The notes under the pieces were generated by a model. It made no database searches. It had not been told where the DNA came from and saw nothing but the letters and a program-made list of their open reading frames with translations. Shown one piece after another: positions 1 to 13,083 of a stretch of DNA of 64,000 nt. Source of the DNA: Phoronis australis (lineage: Eukaryota; Animalia; Phoronida); assembly GCA_002633005.1 (NCBI GenBank), contig NMRA01000017.1:829740-893739 (forward strand), read 5' to 3'. Numbering within the stretch: the first letter of the stretch is position 1; each line of letters starts with the position of its first letter. Position numbers and translations under genes: made by a program.

Positions 1-925
1 GTTACTTTAAGTTCACCTGTCATCATTACAACGGTTATGCACATATATCAAATGACAATCAAATAATAATGGTACAATCCTGACCCATTCACACCACATA
101 CACACAAAACAAAACAAAAACAATACAAACACATCCACGAGCACATCATAGATTTCACAGAGTGCAACATCGATGTGAAATATGATGTAACATAGGATAG
201 AAAAACTGATCCTCATCGTAAGGCTTATTCTCCCAGTATTTTTCATAATGAGACTATAATAAAAACATTTAGAAGCATTGCCCACACGGTCTCATACAAA
301 AAACAAGTAGAACGAAATTTAAGGATAACTACATTTCAGTAAAGTGATTTGGCTCTATAGTATTGGGTTTGAGACTTGTCGGGACGCCCGCACAGAGCAA
401 AAAAGATCACACACATAAAGTAATAAGGTTGCCTGCACTCTATGGCTAGACGCTGAAACACTTTTAGTAATTGCTAACACAACAGCACTACATTTATCTT
501 GCTGTAGTGACTGACTGGCACAAATAAGAGCTACGGAATCGTTTTGTTCAAAAACATTGCACATCCTGTAATTAACCTGTTACGCTTCCGAGGGCTCCAT
601 TTTTCCTGTTTTCGCTCAAAAATCAATTGCAAAAAATACTGTTGACCTCCACGAGATGGATTACGTTTTCATGTTTTGAGTCTTTCAATGAACATGCCTT
701 TGTTCGCATTTTATTATCTCAAACCAAACATTTATTCATTGTTTGCTTATTTTCGTCGTTTGTTAACCGACAGAAGAGTTTTCTGTAATTTTTTATGGGT
801 GTAAATTTTATTACATTTTGATCGATCGCCCGATAACCAAATTCCCCATAATTACACACCAAGATTCAAAACTTTGCATGTAATTATTTTTCAGACTTCG
901 TTTTACATAAGAAAAATACATATTG

Positions 926-1040
926 ATTATTACGTGGCGACGTCGTTATCCCCCGTAATCTACAGCCCTCGTGGCGATAATTTTCCAAAATCCACGAGGG
1001 CTCTAGATTACGTGGGATAACAACTTCGCCGTATAATAAT
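926..1040. repeat. Imperfect ~115-bp palindrome (hairpin) just 3' of rolling stone copy 1
   Basis: Arm attattacgtggcgacgtcgttatcccccgtaatctacagccctcgtgg (926-974) pairs with ccacgagggctctagattacgtgggataacaacttcgccgtataataat (992-1040). Confidence 0.75.
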
Positions 1041-1114
1041 GTATATGGTACCCCTGTATTAAGGTTTAATAAACACCGCCGAAAATAAATGCGACGCACG
1101 AGGAGTTTGTGGCT

Positions 1115-4100
1115 TTATTTACATAATTTATAATGCAGCCAATCTCTAAAACATGTGATCGTAAACCCCAGCAGTTGTAAAGGTACGGGCCCGGACAACA
1201 CAAAGACAATGGAGAAAAATATTGAGTTTAATGGCTTATTTTTGTAATCAATACTTTTCATAACGTATGCTCTACCGTCGCGACCCGTTCCTCCCGCTGC
1301 CGCATAAATGACAATGAATGACAGGTATACCACCTGATACAACAACGGAACCCATAAATGCAAAATATGGATCGGAATTGACACCATAAATTGTTCGACT
1401 GCAAGAAAGAAACAATATATGAGCTCTACTTGCTTAAGGCCATCGGGTCTTATCTCGGTGGTGAACGACCCGACAAATAAGACGAGAATAATCCTAATGA
1501 GCCAATGCAACATACTAGCATTATAAAGAAACCAGCACAATTTCAGTACGTAGGGGAGTTCGAGTTTTTTCTCTTGGTGTACCTTATTGTCTGGACTGGG
1601 CTCCTCGGGGTCAGCCGACTTGTCAGAGTTTGTAGCAAATGGTTTTGACGTCACCGACCGTCTACTAGAAGTACTACTAGATGATATACTTGAAGTTCTA
1701 TCAGGTCTTCTTTGTTGGTTGGACTTGCTTTCTATTATACCAACTCTTCGGGGCTGGACACGTCTGCCATATCTCCAAAATGGAATGAAATAGTACTTGA
1801 CGTAGCAGATAATAATGACTATCGAATAAATGGAAGAGATGAGTTCAAGCCACGATGTAATGTAAAGTGGCCATTTCCAGTAACCATCTTCGGCAGGCAA
1901 ATAAAATTTGGTAGCGGATAAGATTGTATATCCAACGATACATATGGTGAACAACACGCGGTATACCAGAAACAGATAAGGGTGGACTGACCAGTGGCAT
2001 TTGACAAATTGATCTGGCGTTTCACGGAAACGGAAGAATATCATTTCTCTTGAAAACTGTGACTTGAATACTGCGCCCAATCCTCTCCATCCAGTCAGGT
2101 CACCGTTGTCATCGTCGTGGTTCAATGTCGCGGTACTGTCAATAACTGGAAATCTCCCTTTTGAGTTTTCTGCCTAAAATAGAATTTTGGTTAACCTTTA
2201 AATAATTGATTAACTTGCCAAACTCGTCAACTTCTTTAAAAGCTATGGTACATTACATTTTGACATGTATCGTGTCATTATTTACTGACATAGGGAAAAA
2301 GAAGAAAACCAGTGGCCTAAATATTGCGAATGTTACTTTTATTAGTTGCATTGTTCAATGACGCTAAATATTATGGTGCTACGAACATACGGACATTTTC
2401 AAAAAGTCCCTTATTCCCGCCGCCACTTTGCAATGAACAGAAAAATATGCTGTGATTTGAGAAACGTTGTCTCTTTGAAACCAATGAAAGTGTGTTCTGG
2501 TTTAACATTATTTTGTGACGTATATTGTCGCACTCGAGACATGTCGTCATCCAGGCGATAATAAGCATCGAGTGCCTTAAGGCATGCTGTGCCATCGGCC
2601 AGTTTTCTAGTCGAGTTTCCCGTACAGAGATTAGTCCCCGAGACCTGAATTTTTCAATCATTATTAAGCGAGCTATACTTTTAACTCTGTTTTTTAATTT
2701 TGGGTGTAGAAGATAGCCTTCAAGTTTTTTATTGCTCACTATTGTCGTATGGCTGTTTTCCATCCAACTGGAAACTGGGATTATGATCCTCGTTCACAAG
2801 AAAAATTCACTTACTGAGGCTTTTAACTACAAGCAACAACGCGAAGTCTGTCTTTTTGGATTTAGCTTCAGCATGTGACCAAATGACTTACTGTCAATTA
2901 AATTATAATGCCGTTGAGTTACCGGCTCTTTGTTTAGCTTGTTCAGATGTTATCTTTTCTGTCGCTCCTTTGGGGTACGTGCCTAAAACTAGTGTTCTGG
3001 GCCCACTATTGTTTCTCATTTTCATTAATGATATACCAAACTCACTACTCTGCAAATGTTTTTTGTATGTAGATGATGCTTGTATTTTGTATTCATTCCC
3101 TTAAGACATGCCGTCTTCAAACAGGTCTTGGTTTACTCCATGAATGGTTCGACGATGATAGGTATGAATTTCAAACCAGAAAAATATAATGATGTAACCC
3201 ACTCCTCTCTTCATACGAAGTTAAATGTATCAATATCACCACATTTATCCCTTGATCATGATTTAATCCCTCAGAGAAGCTCTCACCGTCATCTTGGTGT
3301 AATTCTTGACAATAAATTGACATTAAACCTTAAATTCTTCAAAAAATCCAAAAACTCTTAAATCCTTTCAAAGTGCTATCAAGAATAACGCTGGGCCGTC
3401 ACCTAGAAATTTTGTATATTGTTTCATTTCATATCATGTTAATTACCCCGATGTCATATACAACAACTGGAATTACTCAGGTCTTACGTATATGCTTAGA
3501 TAGGTTCCAGTATAAGTCAGCACTGTATGTTTCTGGGTCGATAAGGGGTTCCAGTATAGCTGAAAACTCTCGACTTACTTATCTGGATGTCACTCTCAGA
3601 CATCAACAGCACATCTTTATTTATACTTACAAGGTTCTCCACAATGTTCATCCCAATTTACATATCTTTAACAACTTGAGACTTGCACAATTTCGAGAAA
3701 ATTTAAGAACTATGGTTGTGTTTGTAATCCCTCATATTTTTGTAACTCATTTCGTAAATTTCCTCTTATTCAGTGCATCCAAATGTGGAACGTAATTCCT
3801 TGTCATCTGAAAATTGCACACAAATTTTCAGTCGCTTATATTTGTTGAGAAAATATATCTGTTTTCTGACTTCCATACATCCACACAAACTAGTTATACA
3901 ACAACTATAACCAGAAGCAAAGAAACATTTCTTAATCACTTACGTGTCCTGGTCTATTCCTTAATTCTAAAAAAACATATAATTTTCAAGGCGTGTCAAA
4001 TGCTGGTAAATGTGGCTCCTTGGAGAATGTTAATCACTTTTTCTTAAATGTCCTGTCAAATAGTGACGATACATCCATTTACTACACGTGCTTCCTTTGT

Positions 4101-4783
4101 ATGTTTCTGTGTTTGTATTTTTAGGTGTGTTTGCATGTGATTTTGTAGATAGATCGTACTATGTTGTCTCTTTTAATTTTGAGATCTGTCAGCAATCATC
4201 CTTTTTACATGTGTTGACACTGTAATTGTTAATTTGCGGAAAGTAATTGTATCACTATTCGTTCAGTTTCGTAAGATGAAATGAACAGTGTGAAATGGAT
4301 ACAACTGTGGTAGAAAATCACATATTGCCAGGCGACAATATATGTCGGGTGCGAAAATATGAGCACTGAAACTGACATAGTTAGTCAGCCCCTAACTGTA
4401 TTTTTGTTTTAGTCAGCTAAACAGGGCGAAACGCAGTTTTAACAGAAATGTGCAACATAGTCATTTATGCGTCACGACAATACTTGCTGACCACAAACAG
4501 TGAAACGGCCAAATTTTTGTGAAATGAAGGCATTAATATAAAGACAAGTAATGCAAGACAAGCATTTTTTAGTTACAGAGTATAACATTGTTCCCAAAGT
4601 AATACATGTACGTGTAATATGCTTTTGGCTATCAAAATCTAGTCTCGGGTCCATAAATGTGTGATAGCTATACACTTAATACTGTTCCACCAAACATCAA
4701 CCAAGTTCACTCACTACATTGGCGTCACATTTCTTTTCAGTAGTTTCCTCTTCCTGGAATAAGACAGTTTTCGAAACATCCAT
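1115..4783 (-). CDS. Rolling stone-like multi-pass membrane protein, copy 1 (2 exons: 4783-4715, 2173-1115; ~375 aa)
   Basis: Exon 1 MDVSKTVLFQEEETTEKKCDANV ends at a GTGAGT donor. It joins in phase 0 to a ttttag acceptor giving AENSKGRF..., in frame with ORF 1115..2125. Family-like motifs: FVKCHW..PYLFLVYR, WKWPLYITSW, IPIHILH, IYAAAGGTGRDGRAYVMKSIDY, several hydrophobic helices. Recognised by eye. Confidence 0.8.
2770..4060 (+). mobile_element. Degenerate non-LTR retrotransposon (CR1/L2-like) reverse transcriptase remnant in the intron of rolling stone copy 1
   Basis: Frameshifted ORFs carry RT motifs VPKTSVLGPLLFLIFINDIP, FLYVDD and HRHLGVILDNKL. The segment is absent from the paralogous intron. 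Boundaries approximate. Confidence 0.8.
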
Positions 4784-4819
4784 GCTATTTTCGTGACATA
4801 GTTTCGAAACACCTATTTG

Positions 4820-4827
4820 TGACGTCA
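4820..4827. promoter_or_regulatory. Candidate CRE palindrome TGACGTCA upstream of rolling stone copy 1 ATG
   Basis: Perfect TGACGTCA ~37 bp 5' of the ATG, kept at the equivalent position in copy 2 (13076-13083). Confidence 0.45.
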
Positions 4828-5374
4828 TCAATTATGACTATTAAAGATAAACAACCAGGTGCCTCGTTCTAAGTTCCTATAGTAGACAGCGTCATTGATG
4901 ACGTGACGAACATGTTACCTCAACACTATTCCATTTTACAGCAGTAGACAAAATATACCAAAGATATTTTTGCTTGTCAGGTGTCGGCTTTTCATCTTTC
5001 TATTGGAGCTTTTGCGTTGGTCTGCTGCTGAGCCGATCTCAAAGAGGGTGCCCGTGAATTTAGGATCGGAGTACCGTCACCATAAGCAACGGAAAATTTT
5101 TGCACACGTTTTAACCATGGGCTTTATGTTTGAGACAAAAAGACTGTGAGGACAGCTGCCATTCGCTAGTCTAGCCAGTTTGTCTGCTCTTTCATTCTTG
5201 TCAGAGCACAAATACTTCCAAGTAAAAAATATAGAAACGAAAGTTGCTCTTTCACGCCTGCGTCTAAAATCGTCGCATTTCCATTTTTCTTTTTTTCAAA
5301 ACCAAGAATGTAGTCGGCAAACCAACAATTCAGTAGGGTTGGACGTCTGCACAGTGAAAGTGTAGAATCAATAC

Positions 5375-5497
5375 ACAAAACGTACCGGGAGTGGTGGACA
5401 TGAAGTAATATCCCACGAGACATTATTCCGCGTATCGACCGTGGAATAATGTCGAGTGGGATATTACTTCATATACGCCAATCGAGATACGTTTTGT
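5375..5497. repeat. Imperfect ~120-bp palindrome (hairpin/MITE-like)
   Basis: atgaagtaatatcccacgagacattattcc pairs with ggaataatgtcgagtgggatattacttcat; outer arms acaaaacgta / tacgttttgt. Confidence 0.75.
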
Positions 5498-7426
5498 ATT
5501 TATCCCATACTCTTCGAATTCCTAAGTTTCTTACATTTTTTCGGCAAAATTTTAAATACTTGACCCAGACTTTTCACTTGGCGGATCACATCCTATATCT
5601 ATATACTTGCGTGTTAGGTTGCAAGTTTTCTCTTGTAACAGAAACAGTTTTAAAAGTAACGATTTATTTCTTGAAAAGAAGTAACAAAGATGAAAACAAC
5701 GGCAACTGTGCGGTGAACTTGTTACATCTCCTGGAAATAGTTAAAAAACAACTATATTTGATACTGTAGTTTCCTAGGAATCGGTGAAGGAGTTGCAGAC
5801 GATATAGTATTCAGCAATTGAAAACTGAGACATAAGTGTCATATAATTAACAGTTTTGTTCCAGATTTTACGTTTAGGGCCTGGTTGCATGTCGAGTGTT
5901 AGTTACACTGCTGCAACTGTATTACTTTAAACTATATTCGGAAAGGTTGATGATCGAAGCGGCTGAAGACGTCGAGTCGACATTGACCTACCTTTAGAAC
6001 TTTTCATGTCAGAGGTCACTGTTGAAGTAGTGCGGGAGGTGAATACAGAAAACTTTATTACATGGCTGTATTTCCCTCGACAGATTCAACGCGTATGGAA
6101 TAAGGTACGTCTCATGAACTAAAGCATTCACTGGGTTCATTGGCTGGCATTCAGGTCACTACTTGACCTCATTTGGTCAAGAACAAAGGGTAGAAAATGG
6201 CAGACGATACGATTTGATTGTTGCTGTTACAGGAAAGTAAAAAGAGGCGAGATATAACAGGCAAGACCGCTTGCGGTTTCTAAACGTGTCAAGGGAATTT
6301 GATTTGATTAATACGAACACACTGAACAAGAGCTGCCCTCCCATTCTTTTGGTTTATATTCATTTTGCCAAGTGGTGAAAAGCTCCCCGGTGGACCTTTA
6401 GTTCAACTGTTTAAGAGCTGAGTATTGGCTTGAAAAACGTTTTCACTCCTTTCAAAGATGTTTCGTAGTCCTTAAGACGTCCCACAGACTTATGGTATCA
6501 CCACTGAAGGGTTGTCGTTCATTCTACTCTCGGTACTAGGAACGGGGGAGGGGTGAGCGTTCGACCAGACGGAACTGTTATTCGTTTAGGGAGTGTACGG
6601 CCTCAATCATTGACGAATAACCACCCATTGGGCTCTCGTCTAGTAGGAAACAGGCATCTCAAAACATGAACTCTTTCTTGAGACATTGTTCTCCAAAGTT
6701 TGGAACCGCGTTCTCAAACAGCAAGCAATTGCAGAAAAAACGCAATTCTGTACCAACTCCCGTTTTCTTCTCAATTTATGTTCCTAACTACGTTTTTAGT
6801 AAAGGTCGTGACACTCGCTCATGTTTTCAAGTCTTTTTGTGTAAAAGTTCACTATTTTACTTTTTTCTATGCATAGGTTGAGCGTTACTTTGAAAAATGA
6901 AACTAAAGAAGTAGTTTAATTTTTCAAAATAACGCTAAATTGATAGAAGTGGAAAGTTGTAAGTAGTCTATTTTAACACTGAAAAAAGGCACGGTGTCCA
7001 ATGGGGATAACGTGATTTACTATTGGTGGAATTTAAATGTAGGTCAGCAGGTCACCTTCGAGTGATTCACGTACAGCGTCGAGTTGTATCACAAAGTAAC
7101 TTGCATGAAACTATTTTTGTGCGAAAGTTGGGTAGGAATTCCAGCAATAACGTTTTGTTATACGTGTTTTCTGATCCAGATAGAACAATACCCTTTCTGC
7201 ACGAGAAACTGTGTTGAAACAAATTGAATTTTGCTTTTGTTTGTGCGAATAACTGATCACTACATGATCTCAAGAAGACGTAAGAACCGCACTGTGTTTT
7301 GGCGAGTTCCACCCTTGATAAATATCGTTCATCTAATGGCAGATTGCAAAAGTGACACAGTTAGGTACATTCTTTACGCATTGAACCAACATTCAGCAGT
7401 TGAAAATTGAATCGAACCTGTCACGA

Positions 7427-8320
7427 CTTTAAGCTGCTCCTGCTGGTAGGACCATCGCTCTTGTCTTGCTAAAACACCTCCCTTCCTAAAAAACATATTT
7501 TGGTTTTGTCCAAATTGACTTTCAAGTACTTTTGTTCACAGTAAACCACAAGGTTGTTAATTAGCCGTTGGAAACCGATTGGAGTATCTACGAACAGTAA
7601 TATNAAAGTCAACGCAAAACCAAGTGGCGGGAAACGCTTGCCTCCTAAAACGTCACTTCCGGAGTAGCGGACGAGTAATTTATAAAATTACGAAAAGCTG
7701 TAATTAAGTGGAAAATATGTCTAGGATAACCAACCAACCTTATTTTAGCTCAAAATGAAATGGAAAAAGGTTGCCTTCGCCTTTAAGCTGCTCCTGCTGG
7801 TAGGACCATCGCTCTTGTCTTGCTAAAACACCTCCCTTCCTAAAAAACATATTTTGGTTTTGTCCAAATTGACTTTCAAGTACTTTTGTTCACAGTAAAC
7901 CACAAGGTTGTTAATTAGCCGTTGGAAACCGATTGGAGTATCTACGAACAGTAATATATGATCAGCGAAAACAAGGTGAAAAATTCTTTCTCTTCCCATA
8001 TGTATACCAGCCATTGGTTCACACTGCAGGTATTCTTCTACGTCACGTGACAAAATTAAACAAGAAGGGTGACAATATACAAATACAACCTCGTCTAACA
8101 CCGTCTTTTACATGAAAAAAAAACATCGGAAGATCCTTTTTGATGATCAGTCTTTGCACTTTCGTCTCTGTACATACTCTTCAACATGCTTAACACTTTA
8201 AAACTAACCGCAACAAATTTTGATTTCTATTCATGCAATCAAAGTCTTTGCTAAAATCAAAATATAAGCACTTAACTTTTCGAGAGAGTTGCCTCTACAA
8301 GTGTATTGCGAACATTAAAA
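7427..8320 (-). mobile_element. Degenerate non-LTR retrotransposon RT fragment; 177 bp duplicated across the N at 7604
   Basis: ORF 7823..8101 has HLVFADHILLF..FQRLINNLVVYCEQKYLKVNLDKTKI (decayed FADD region and downstream RT motif). 7427-7603 is repeated at 7781-7957. Confidence 0.7.
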
Positions 8321-9396
8321 GGAGTAAAAAGAAGAGACAGGATGTGCAAATAAATGTTAGATGCTAAGTTTTACGAGCTGAACGCTATTTTTTACTGTGA
8401 GCCACTGGCCATTTATACAATGGAAATATACTATGAAAGGAAATTGAACGAGTGACGATTGGCTAACTTCATTTTAACTCTCCGCAAAACAAACATTCTC
8501 TGTGCGAGCATTAGTTCAAATATCTTATTTGTCTGTAACATGTATACAATAACTAGATTGCTAGATTGTACACCCATTTTGTTTGGGTGACTGATTGGCG
8601 ACTTCTTTCTAGTTAGACTGCAGAGGCTTGGTTTCTGAAGCCTTTGATGTGCTGAGGAACTCGCTGGATTATATAGTGTGAACAGTGCACCATTTCTCGT
8701 CTACTTGCGCGCAAATCCTGTTGGCATCAGAGTTGACTGGTGTCAGTTGGCCTTAGGTTCTTGACACACATTTTTTTCAATTTTCTGTCTCCCAAAAATG
8801 CGAGTAATATAAAGAAAATATGCATTTCTCCCTTTCTTCCCGAATTTTCTAAGCTATATTTGATGATTGATCGGTGATCCATTGTAACGGAAGTAGAGTA
8901 CTTCGGTCATCACGTACACTCCAAAGTTTCTGTGAAGTCAGTTCGTCTCACTGGTTCTCATAGAACTAAGTAGTCTTCTGTTGGAGCTGCGCCTTTCCCA
9001 AAATTTAAAGAAATGCTAGCTAGGACCAGTGCGTTTGACTGGCGCGTCCTACTTTGTCTTTTTAAGCTCATGATTGCCTGTTGACTTAAAATTGTGTGCT
9101 CCATGGTAAAACGAATACATTTTGTGCTGCTTATGCACAGACATCGCACTTCCGATGATGAATGCAATCGGGTGTCCACGCTGGTAAGTGCTCAAAGGAT
9201 CAGATAATTATACAGGGTCCCACACGAAAGTGGGTTGAAGCCAATCCATTTTTCTGTTGGACTCTGCTCATGAGGATCCGCCAAATCAAAGTGCGATCCC
9301 ACACGAAGCCCCTGATACGGATCGCGTGGTCCAGTTGGACCGCCGTGTTAATGTTTAATGTGATAAACAATTGAGGCGGACCAGGAGTTTATGCCT

Positions 9397-12300
9397 TTAT
9401 TTACATAGTTTATAATACAACCAATCCCTAAAACAAGTCATTATAAAGCCCAAAATTTGTAAAGCTAATGGCGCGGACACCAGAATGATAGCGGAGATAA
9501 ACCCTGATCTTAACGGATTATTTTTGTAATCAATAGGTTTCATAATGTATGGCTGACCGTTGCGTCCAGTACCTCCCACTGCCAGATAAATGGCAGAGAA
9601 CGAGAGGTATAGCAGGCCATTCAACATCATGACCCAGGCATGCAGAATATGGACAGGAATTGAAACCATAAATAGTTCGACCGCAAGAAGGAAACAATAT
9701 ACGAGCTCCACAAGCTTAAGACCATCGGGTCTTATCACTGTGGCGAATGACCCGATAAACAAAACAATAATAGCTCTAACTAACCAATAGAAAACACTAG
9801 CATTATAAAGATGCCAGCATAATTTTAGAGCAAGGGGAAGTTTGCGTTTTTTGCAGTGGTGTGGCTTTTTGTCTGGACTGGGTTTCTCGGTGTCAGTCGA
9901 ACTGTCAGAGTTTGTAACAAAAGATTTTGTTTTCACAGACGGAGTACTAGGTTTTCTTGAGCGGCTTCGTCGCTTGGAATTTCTTTCTTTTGTACTCTTT
10001 CTTCGGGGATGGACACGTTTTCCAGGTCTCCAAAATGGAATGAAATAGTACTTGACGTAGCAGACGACAACGGTTATTGAATAGATGGAAGAGATGAGTT
10101 CAAGCCATGACGTCAAATAAAGTGGCCATTTCCAGTCACCATCTTCGGCTGGCAAATAAAATTCTGTAGCAGATAACGTTGTATATCCAACGATACATAT
10201 CATGAACAACAGGCGGTATATCAGAAATAGATAAGGGTTGATTGGCCAGCGACATTTGACGAATTGATCGGGAGTTTCACGGAAACGGAAGAATATCATT
10301 TTTCTTGAAAACTGTGACTTGAATACTGCGCCTAATCCTCTCCATTCAGTTAGGTCAGAATTGTCATCGTCGTCGTCAAATGTCCCGGTACTGTCATTAA
10401 TTGAAAAGCTCTCTTTTAAGCTTCCTGCCTATAATAGAATATTGGATAACCTTTAAATAGTTTTAGTACTTGCAAAACTCGTCTAGCTCTTAAAAACGCT
10501 ATGGTGCATTTACCTTCTTTTAAAACGGGTCAAAGGCATCCGTGTAGTCGCAACAGAATTGGCGTTGCAAATGCTAACATGAATCATGTCAGTATTTAGG
10601 GCGAAAGGACGAAAACTGGTGGCCGAAATGTTGCGAATGTTACTTTTACTGATTGCATTGTCCAATGAAGTGATAATGGCGCTACGGAAACTAGAGATTT
10701 TCGAAAAATCTCATGTTTCCATTGCCATTTTGCAATGAAAAGCCAAATATGTTGCGATTTGAGAAACGTCGTCACTTTGAAACTAATAACATTTCGTTCT
10801 TGTTTAACAACATGTCTTGACATATTTCGCACTCGACACATATTGACGCCGAGGCGATAATGTGTATCGAGTGCGACAATACATTTCGTCAGCCTAGACG
10901 TATATGAGTGAGCGTTCACGGCATACATTGTCGCACCCGCAGGTCTTTTGAAACCCTGAAATGATCGGTCCGAAATGCCTAAGGAACAATTTGAAACCAA
11001 TTTCATCACGATTAAGTCTAAATCAGAAGTTAGCTTTTGTGATGGAAGGCGAGTTTATCTGCTGGCCTTTTAACCGAGTTATTGAATCTCAAAAGCATAC
11101 CCTGCAACAACGACTACGCAACACTTTGCGAGATATCGCCATGTATTTCAAACGAAGCACGTGAATCCTTCAAAATTCTTGTTTGTTCCAGGGAACTCGG
11201 CATGAGGTGGTGTCAAGACCTTGACATCCATACCATTATTGTGCTAAAGTAATGCTGTTCATATAGAATGGGTTGTGAAAACTGCAGTGAATGTTATAGA
11301 GATTTAACTTATAGAGGGTTGGGAGAGCGGTTTGCTGGGCACCATTCAAGCCATAAATCTAGTGTGTATAGGTATTGCCAATCTAACCAGCATGCACACC
11401 AACTCTATTATAGTAATAACGAAGGAATGTAACAAAGAAAAGTTGCAAATAAAGAAGTTCAGGAAAGCAGAGCTTACACTTGGCTGAATGACCAGGTATC
11501 TCCATCTACAAGGGTGGTAGAAAACCTCTGTTCTCACTAACTTTAAACTTGAATGTCTTATCGTCACCTTGAAAGCTTTACTAGTCGACGATGTTTTAAG
11601 AAATAAAGCACAACATTTTGGAGTTTTTAACAGACTGTTCTTCTGACTCTCAGCAGTGAATTTAAGTCATAAAATGAAGTGTCAGTAAACTGCTTTTATA
11701 AGGTAATCACACCTGCATTCACACGTTAAAGGAGAATGCCACCCGATTTAATTAGTCTTTTTACCGTCTTAATCGGTCTATATTCACATCGCCGCATACG
11801 GTCGACTTTACCTCGCTGAGAGGTCTCGCGTTAACCTGTGAGGAAGGTGAGAAACGACGCAGCGACGTCAGTGGTTCATTTGATTTGCAGAGTGAATGCC
11901 GCTGTGTTGCGATGCATCATTCCCGCTTGTCCGCCGATCTATGCAGCTGAGAGAAAAGCGGGTATATCATTTTTTCGACGTCCTCGAGAGTCCAACTGCT
12001 TAGGAAGTGGCTTGCGGTAGTGAAGAATGAAAAGTACACTGTTAATTGCAAGTAGGAGGCCGTGAAACATCTCCGTGTCTGTGGCTGGCAGTCGTCGATA
12101 GTGAGTCTGACGAATGCCAGCTTCAAAGAACTATCCATACGTTCCGTTGCCTGTGCATGTTTACGGCGGAGGTTTAGTTTCCAACTTAAGCTGGTTTATG
12201 TCCGTGATGTCTAGTCAGTCCGGCGGCCGCGACGGACCTGATCGGGTTCCGAGGCACTGGCTGGGATAAGAAGCGTTTTGTGTTCAGAACTGAAAAATTG

Positions 12301-13035
12301 CAAGTACAACACACAGCTATCTTTAATTTCTGTATTTCACGGAAGAATTTTTCGAATTTATCATCAAACGCACCGAAACTCCCGCGATCGACCATGATAA
12401 GTTGGCCTACCGAACCTAGGAATCTACACTCTTTTATCGAACTCTGTAGGCTACCGTACGTCCAAATACCTATAAATCCGTAACAGTGAAAGAAAACAAC
12501 ACGTTTGTTCAAGAACTCGATGTATTTATAAGGGTTTTACATCGAAATTTGATGATTTATTGGTGTAAAATGATGCCTTCAAGCGATAAGTTGACACCAG
12601 TAAGCGTGTTGTGAACGGCTGAACAGACTGCGTTCGAACCGATTACGTCATTGGTTAATTTCAACACCTCCGTCTGCCCGTCAGGTGTCAGGTAAAACAA
12701 CTGAACTTTCTGTTATCGAGTGGAGCTACTCGATCTAAACTGATACAAAATAGGTTGTTTTTTTGGGTGGCATTCTCCTTTAATACTTGTGAATGGTATG
12801 GTTGCCGTATGCACTTAAAATATCTAAATAAATTTTTGTTTTTAATTAGCCAAACAGGATGAAACGTAGCTATTACAGACACTTGCGATAAGCTCGTGTA
12901 AGAAAAGTGTGACAGCCGTACGTTTAATACTGTAACGCCAAATATCAACTAACTGTGTTCACTTACTACACTGGCATCACGTTTCTCTACAGTAGTTTCC
13001 TTTTTGACAAATGTGAGAGATTTCGAAACATCCAT
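9397..13035 (-). CDS. Rolling stone-like multi-pass membrane protein, copy 2 (2 exons: 13035-12967, 10428-9397; ~366 aa)
   Basis: Exon 1 MDVSKSLTFVKKETTVEKRDASV|GTAAGT, phase 0 to a tag acceptor giving AGSLKESF..., in frame with ORF 9397..10299. Clear paralog of 1115..4783 with the same intron position. Confidence 0.8.
11890..12100 (+). mobile_element. Probable decayed THAP zinc-finger fragment (DNA-transposon remnant) in the intron of rolling stone copy 2
   Basis: Across a frameshift and a stop it reads RCIIPACP...GISFFRRP...RKWLAVVK...HLRVCG, matching the THAP pattern C-x-x-P-x-C...F-x-x-P...W...RVC. Confidence 0.45.
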
Positions 13036-13075
13036 GCTGTTTTCGTGACGTCGGTCATTTCAAAACACGTATTTG

Positions 13076-13083
13076 TGACGTCA
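13076..13083. promoter_or_regulatory. Candidate CRE palindrome TGACGTCA upstream of rolling stone copy 2 ATG
   Basis: Perfect TGACGTCA ~41 bp 5' of the ATG, positionally conserved with copy 1. Confidence 0.45.

Noticed and set aside
7427-7957. 177-bp direct repeat as LTRs
   Set aside because: It lies inside a LINE RT fragment, abuts an N and has no TG...CA ends, PBS or TSD; likely contig-overlap artefact.
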